This document shows, piece by piece, positions 58,900 to 64,000 of a stretch of 64,000 nt of DNA. The stretch lies in NCBI GenBank assembly GCA_965223665.1, contig OZ245011.1:3360001-3424000 (forward strand). Direction: 5' to 3'. The position numbers and the translations under genes were made by a program. The number at the start of each line of letters is the position of its first letter. Positions within the stretch are counted from its first letter, which is position 1. The notes under the pieces are model-generated. The model did no database searches and was not told where the DNA came from. It worked only from the letters and a program-made list of their open reading frames with translations. Source of the stretch: Nitrospinaceae bacterium (GTDB lineage: Bacteria; Nitrospinota; Nitrospinia; Nitrospinales; Nitrospinaceae).

Positions 58900-60195
58900 T
58901 TATTCTTCCCATCCTGGAATTTTTACAGTAAAAGTTGCTCCTTGCCCTTCACAGCTTTCCAAGTCGATTGTGCCTTGATGTGCTTTTACTATGTTATGAG
59001 CAATGGCCAACCCCAAACCGGTACCTTTATCTTTTGTGGTAAAAAAAGGATTAAATATATTTTTTTGATCTTTTGTAGAGATTCCAACTCCTGTATCAGA
59101 AAATGTAACAGCTACATAGTGACGATGATAAATGTTTCTAAGATTAGAATAATTTTTATCTGTTTGAATTTTTAATTCTCCTCCTTTAGGCATGGCTTGA
59201 ATTGCATTTCTTATAAAATTCAAAAATACTTGCTCTAATAATCCTCGATCTCCCGAAGCAATCACATTGCTTTCTTTAAAATTAAAATGAATTTTTATAT
59301 TTTTGGGAATGCTTAATTGAGTGGAAGATTCAAATATGTGTTTTAGCAATTCATTGATATCGCATTGTTGTCTGGAGGGTTCAGGCGATTTTGCAAATAA
59401 AAGCAAGCTCGAAATGATTCGATCCATATTTTTAACGCCTGAAATGATATGTTCAGTTAGAGGTCGTTTGTCTTCATCTTCCAATAAATCTTTTTGGAGC
59501 ATTGATGCAAATAACTCAATGCCCCCTAGAGGATTTCGAATTTCATGAGCAATCCCTGCAGCCATCTCTCCCATTGCCCTTAACCTGTCGTTACGTTGGG
59601 CTTCTTCTTCCAAATGTTTAAGTTGTGTTATGTCTTGGAGAATTAGCACAGTCCCTATGGGATAGCCCTGTGGATTTTTTAGGGGGGATGCTGTGACCTG
59701 AATTTTCTTTTTATTATTATTTGCAACCCATTGGATTTCCTCTGAAATTGCAATGGCTTCCCCATTTTGCATTTGATCGACAATACTGATGATTATTTCA
59801 TTATAAATGGTATCTATTAATTTGCTTGAAACGCACTTATTTGAAGGAAGACTCGTAATTGTTTCTGCTGCTTGATTGAAAGTTGTAATTATCCCGTTAT
59901 GGTCTACGACAATTACCCCGGTTGGCAAACTTTCAAGAATATAATGAAGATAGTTTTTAACTTCTTCTTTTTCATTTAAGTTCTGCTTAAGCTCTAAATT
60001 TTTATTCTCAAGCTCTAAGTTAAGTGTTTCAATTTGTTTTTGAAGTTTTTCATAGGACTCTTGCAAGTGTCGAGTGGTTTCATTAAAAGACTCGAAAGCA
60101 GAGCGGAGTGTATTTAATTCGATTGTCGATAAATTTTTGGGTAAATCTTTTTCCATAATGGTTGGTGTTGAATGAACTTTTTTGTGGCTAATCAT
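58900..60195 (-). CDS. Cytoplasmic PAS sensor histidine kinase (FleS/FlrB-like)
   Basis: AFESFN....L..SY..L coiled coil, PAS, GEMAAGIAHEIRNPL, FNPFFTTK..GTGLGL. Confidence 0.9.
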   Translation of the reverse strand: MISHKKVHSTPTIMEKDLPKNLSTIELNTLRSAFESFNETTRHLQESYEKLQKQIETLNLELENKNLELKQNLNEKEEVKNYLHYILESLPTGVIVVDHNGIITTFNQAAETITSLPSNKCVSSKLIDTIYNEIIISIVDQMQNGEAIAISEEIQWVANNNKKKIQVTASPLKNPQGYPIGTVLILQDITQLKHLEEEAQRNDRLRAMGEMAAGIAHEIRNPLGGIELFASMLQKDLLEDEDKRPLTEHIISGVKNMDRIISSLLLFAKSPEPSRQQCDINELLKHIFESSTQLSIPKNIKIHFNFKESNVIASGDRGLLEQVFLNFIRNAIQAMPKGGELKIQTDKNYSNLRNIYHRHYVAVTFSDTGVGISTKDQKNIFNPFFTTKDKGTGLGLAIAHNIVKAHQGTIDLESCEGQGATFTVKIPGWEE

Positions 60196-60210
60196 TATTT
60201 AATTTGAAGC

Positions 60211-62718
60211 TCAAAGTAATTCTTTTAAACGATTTTCCCAATCAATTACTTTAAGCCGAGTTTCTGCAGCTTTTTGAATTACCTTCTCAGAATTTTTCAC
60301 TTCCACTAAAGATTTTAATTCAGTTTCTGCCTGTTTCTTTTGATTCATTTGCTCTAAATTTTCTACTATGAGGTAATCCCCCCAGGCCCTGAGTCGATGG
60401 TCGGGGAATAAGGTGCGACCTGCTTTTAAGGCATCTAAAGACTTTTCATATTTTTTTTGAATATGATAAACAATTCCCAATTTAAAATAGGCGTTAGGTA
60501 TATAATCCGGAGGATTTCGAATCTTGGAATTGAAAGAATCCAAGGTTCTTCTGTATTCTTTAGCAGCTTCCTTTAACTGTCTAGAGGAAAAATATGTTTC
60601 TGCTAAAAGGTAGTGAATTTCAGCTTTTTTGACATCTCCTCTTTTTAACAATTGATTATAAATATTTATTGCCTGGTTAAATTTATTTTGGCCTTTATAA
60701 GCCGCAGCCTGGATTTTCATTGCATCTGGTATTTGTGAGCTTGATTTGTATCTTGTGGTAAAGGTTTTAGCAACCAGGCTCGCTTCATTATAATTATTTT
60801 CTTCTAAATGAATCTTTCCCAAATTTAAAAAGAGACGGTCTGTAAAAGCATTGTTAAAGTCTTTGAGCTTTACTTTTTCAAAAAACTTTAATGCTTCAGC
60901 ATTCATCCCAACTCCCTTATAGCTTTCGCCAATTTGCAGAAGTGTTTTTATATTTTCCATCTTCCCTATATTTAGGGATACAAAATCACTGTATGCATAC
61001 AAAGTTGGTAGATAACCTTTTTGTTGAGAATATTGATCAATCAGATGGACCAAGGAGAGATAAATTAAATTCTTGGCAGATTGATAATACCGGGATGATG
61101 GATCTAAGGATAACAATTTTTTAAACTCATTAAAGGCTTGTAAAAATCGAAGCTCTTTTAAATATGCTTTTCCCCTGCTTAAAGTTACCTCAGCTAAGAC
61201 ATCCAGGGAGGAGGGATTATTTAACACATCTTCGTAAGTTTCGTAGGGATGGAAAAAGGGGCGTACCTGAAATATTATGTCCCTTACGGGCAGAGAGGGA
61301 TATTGAATACCCACATCAGCCAACCGAATCATCCCATACTGAGATTCCGCACTCCCCGGATTGGTATTTCGCGATTTATTAAAAGTTGAAAGCGCCCCTT
61401 GTCCATTTCCCTCGATAAGATAAGAATCTCCTATTCGGTTTAAACTGAAATGAGCATTTTCATTTTCCGGGTCTAAATTGATTAAATTAAAAAAATATTT
61501 TCTTGCTTTGGCAAATTGATTTTTTGAAAAGTAAATTTGTCCAATATAAAAATTTACTTCTGGGTTTTCGTTGAGTTCTTCTGGCCAACGAAATACGGCG
61601 TCTTCATATATTTTAAGGGCCTTGTCATAATAGTTGTTTTCATAATTCCATTTTGCAATTTCAAAAATGCCTTTACGTGCTTCTTGATTTTTGGGTGTTT
61701 TTTTCAATATTCTTTGAAATGCTGAATAAGCTGGATCATGCCTTCCTTCCCGAAGCATCATATTTGCAAGGCCAATTTCCCGGAAAAAATTATACGGACT
61801 CAACCGATCGCGTCGGATACCATTTAAATATAAAGTGTTAGCTTCTAAGACAAATTGCATTTCTTCATAAATGGAGGCGATTTTGAATAAAGCGTGGTCG
61901 TAAAAATGAGACTGGGGATAATTGCGGATTGCCAATTGATAAGCTTCGAGAGCTTCCTCAAAATGTGGGTTTTCTTCTGCCTTTGCCAAATTATATAAGG
62001 ACTCAGCGGTTAGGTAAGCAACATGTGAAAGGTAAGGGCTTTCAATAAACTTTGAAGTAAAGCTTTTAAACACTTCTAAGGCTTCCGCATATTGTTGGCT
62101 TTGAAATAGGTTTAAACCTTTTTCATATTCTTCCCAACCTCCTTTTAATTTATTTTCTGAATCGGAACTGGTAATTTCCTTTATTTTATTTTTAGGAATT
62201 CCAGGAATATAAGGCTTAATTTTATTACGAGCAGTTTTAAGTGGTTTATTTATGGATTTATCTGATCCTTGAATTAAGGGATTGGGGTTTCCTTTAAGGT
62301 CGACAACTATTTGGGAGGGATTTTGTTTTGAAAAGTGAATAAACCGGGTGTTACTTTCTTTAAAACGCAAGCTGATTTTTACTGAACTACCATTTTGACG
62401 TACATGTATTTGGAAAATATTATCATCTCTTAGAATTTGAGATCGAACATTTGGAGCTAACAATGCATTGGAAATTAGGATACCCAATTTTTTTTTCTGA
62501 AAATCGGGGGACATTTTATAAGATGCATCCTTATTTAATTCAATAATAATTCGCGTGTACTCTGGATGTCCTCCAAGCCTAATATTTTTGACAATTGTTG
62601 ATGGGTTCTTTTTAAAATCTTCCGCAGAGATATCCTCTGGAGAAAGACCATTTGTTAAAAAAAATAAAAAGATTAATAAAATATGTAATAAAGGCAAAAG
62701 ATTAACTTCCTTAAACAA
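60211..62718 (-). CDS. Large exported TPR protein with N-terminal AMIN-like domain
   Basis: Signal peptide, IRLGGHPEYTRIIIE...P.QIVVDL (AMIN-like), numerous TPR motifs. Confidence 0.8.
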   Translation of the reverse strand: MFKEVNLLPLLHILLIFLFFLTNGLSPEDISAEDFKKNPSTIVKNIRLGGHPEYTRIIIELNKDASYKMSPDFQKKKLGILISNALLAPNVRSQILRDDNIFQIHVRQNGSSVKISLRFKESNTRFIHFSKQNPSQIVVDLKGNPNPLIQGSDKSINKPLKTARNKIKPYIPGIPKNKIKEITSSDSENKLKGGWEEYEKGLNLFQSQQYAEALEVFKSFTSKFIESPYLSHVAYLTAESLYNLAKAEENPHFEEALEAYQLAIRNYPQSHFYDHALFKIASIYEEMQFVLEANTLYLNGIRRDRLSPYNFFREIGLANMMLREGRHDPAYSAFQRILKKTPKNQEARKGIFEIAKWNYENNYYDKALKIYEDAVFRWPEELNENPEVNFYIGQIYFSKNQFAKARKYFFNLINLDPENENAHFSLNRIGDSYLIEGNGQGALSTFNKSRNTNPGSAESQYGMIRLADVGIQYPSLPVRDIIFQVRPFFHPYETYEDVLNNPSSLDVLAEVTLSRGKAYLKELRFLQAFNEFKKLLSLDPSSRYYQSAKNLIYLSLVHLIDQYSQQKGYLPTLYAYSDFVSLNIGKMENIKTLLQIGESYKGVGMNAEALKFFEKVKLKDFNNAFTDRLFLNLGKIHLEENNYNEASLVAKTFTTRYKSSSQIPDAMKIQAAAYKGQNKFNQAINIYNQLLKRGDVKKAEIHYLLAETYFSSRQLKEAAKEYRRTLDSFNSKIRNPPDYIPNAYFKLGIVYHIQKKYEKSLDALKAGRTLFPDHRLRAWGDYLIVENLEQMNQKKQAETELKSLVEVKNSEKVIQKAAETRLKVIDWENRLKELL

Positions 62719-62746
62719 TCAATCTGAATTGGAAACGATTTATTTT

Positions 62747-62763
62747 TAGCAATTTAGATGCCA
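62747..62763 (-). promoter_or_regulatory. Sigma54 promoter of the TPR-kinase-regulator operon
   Basis: Minus strand TGGCATCTAAATTGCTA (GG-N10-GC). Confidence 0.75.
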
Positions 62764-62806
62764 AGGGATGAAAACAAAATAAATAAATCCTCCCTATAGA
62801 AGTTTC

Positions 62807-62937
62807 GTCAGAAATTGACTGAAATATTAATATTTATAAGGACAAAAAAAAGTGAATCTGTTTATACTAATTTAATAGCCCCTTATTAAAGGGGAAGTTA
62901 GGGCAAAAAATTCACTTATGAATGTCAATTAATTGGC
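62807..62937. promoter_or_regulatory. Putative enhancer-binding-protein (FleQ/FlrA-like) sites
   Basis: GTCAGAAATTGAC (62807-62819), GGCAAAAAATTCAC (62902-62915), GTCAATTAATTGGC (62924-62937). Confidence 0.5.
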
Positions 62938-62987
62938 GGTTCTCTAGTGGAGATCCTCTGTATTTTTAATTAAATATTGAAAAGCCC

Positions 62988-64000
62988 ATGGGTGAAAATC
63001 AACAGATCATTCTGAATAAATTGCATGATGCAGAGCAAATTAAAACTCTGTTAAAACGGCAAAATGAATTGCTTGGGAAAACTTTACTAAGTTTGGACCA
63101 ATTTCTTTTCCTGCACAAAAGTATTAGTCGATTGAACTTTGAGGATATAAAGGAAATATTAGAGGAAAAACTCCCCTATATTCTGTCGATAAAATATTTT
63201 TCATTATTTCTTTTTGATAAAGTACAAAGAGTTTTGACTTTATCTTGTCATAACCACCCCAAATTCCCGGATGAATTGAGTTTAGACCTTCATGAATCCG
63301 GAATTATGCAAGATGCCTTGTCTCAGGGTCGATATATATTCGAGCCGGACTTTTCAAAATCAAAATATTTCAAAGGTAAATTAAACCCACTTTTCAAGAA
63401 TGATTTTTTAGTTTGTGTTCCTTTAATGATTGAAAACCAGATCATCGGAGTACTTAATATTAATGATAATGAGAAAGGTGCCTTTGGGGTTGGAGATTTA
63501 GACTATACCTTGAATATTGTTGAATTCATTTCTCTCTCAATCAGTAATGCTCTTCTATATGAAAAAACAGAAATGCTATCGGTCACCGACGGATTGACCC
63601 AATTGTATAACCATAGGCAGTTGCAAAATATTCTTAAAAGTGAATTCAATCGGAGTAAACGTTATCAATCGCCCTTATCTTTGATCATGATGGATGTGGA
63701 TCATTTTAAAACCGTAAACGACACTTATGGTCATCAAATGGGAGATGAGATATTGATTGCTTTAGCTTCAGTAATTTCCCGGGTTTGCCGTGCCAATGAC
63801 TCTGCTGCAAGATATGGAGGGGAGGAGTTTTTGCTAGTTCTTCCAGAAACTCCCATAGAGGGAGCTAAGCAATTTGCTGATCGTATTCGAAATGAGTTTG
63901 CTAAAAAGAAATTTAAATGTAAGGAAAAAACCTTTCAGGTAACGCTTAGTTGTGGGGTTGCTGAATTAGATGTTAAGCATATGAAATTTTCCACGGAGTT
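62988..64000 (+). CDS. GAF-GGDEF diguanylate cyclase, 3' truncated by window edge (not in ORF track)
   Basis: Manual translation from ATG 62988: VCVPLMIENQIIGVLNIND (GAF), TDGLTQLYNHR, DVDHFKTVNDTYGHQMGD, RANDSAARYGGEEF. Confidence 0.92.
   Translation, partial: MGENQQIILNKLHDAEQIKTLLKRQNELLGKTLLSLDQFLFLHKSISRLNFEDIKEILEEKLPYILSIKYFSLFLFDKVQRVLTLSCHNHPKFPDELSLDLHESGIMQDALSQGRYIFEPDFSKSKYFKGKLNPLFKNDFLVCVPLMIENQIIGVLNINDNEKGAFGVGDLDYTLNIVEFISLSISNALLYEKTEMLSVTDGLTQLYNHRQLQNILKSEFNRSKRYQSPLSLIMMDVDHFKTVNDTYGHQMGDEILIALASVISRVCRANDSAARYGGEEFLLVLPETPIEGAKQFADRIRNEFAKKKFKCKEKTFQVTLSCGVAELDVKHMKFSTE

Overview
AT-rich bacterial chromosomal window, densely coding, with no rRNA, CRISPR array, integrase or transposase that I could see. 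The gene mix (cytochrome P460, FGE-like domains, DUF1566, sigma54-driven flagellar genes, long PstC/PstA) tentatively suggests a Gram-negative organism such as Nitrospinota or a deltaproteobacterium; this is inference only. From left to right: a partial Vgb-like propeller, a TPR protein, a cold-shock protein and an unlisted 55-aa ORF; a minus-strand run with a GAF/degenerate-GGDEF gene coupled to an orphan mreB, ferredoxins, a JAB peptidase, Nfu, TlpA and an FGE-CcdA fusion; tRNA-Val and tRNA-Asp; an accessory-looking block (ECF41 sigma plus AhpD-like partner, TetR-YHS-cytochrome P460, M28 peptidase, aqpZ, permuted NlpC/P60 lipoprotein, REC/HDOD, CPBP protease, lipoprotein pyrophosphatase); a complete phoB-phoR-pstSCAB-phoU locus; ybbAP/tesA; a radical SAM plus CDP-alcohol transferase pair; an ATP-grasp ligase-glutaredoxin-lysine 2,3-aminomutase operon; and a flagellar region (flgC-fliFGHIJ without flgB/fliE, FleS/FleR-like pair, AMIN-TPR gene, divergent partial diguanylate cyclase). 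The best candidates for something undescribed are the ATP-grasp/Grx/KamA operon, the FGE-CcdA fusion cluster, the TetR-YHS-P460 module and a GC-rich intergenic hairpin at 14160-14223. All family calls come from motif recognition by eye, not from database searches.
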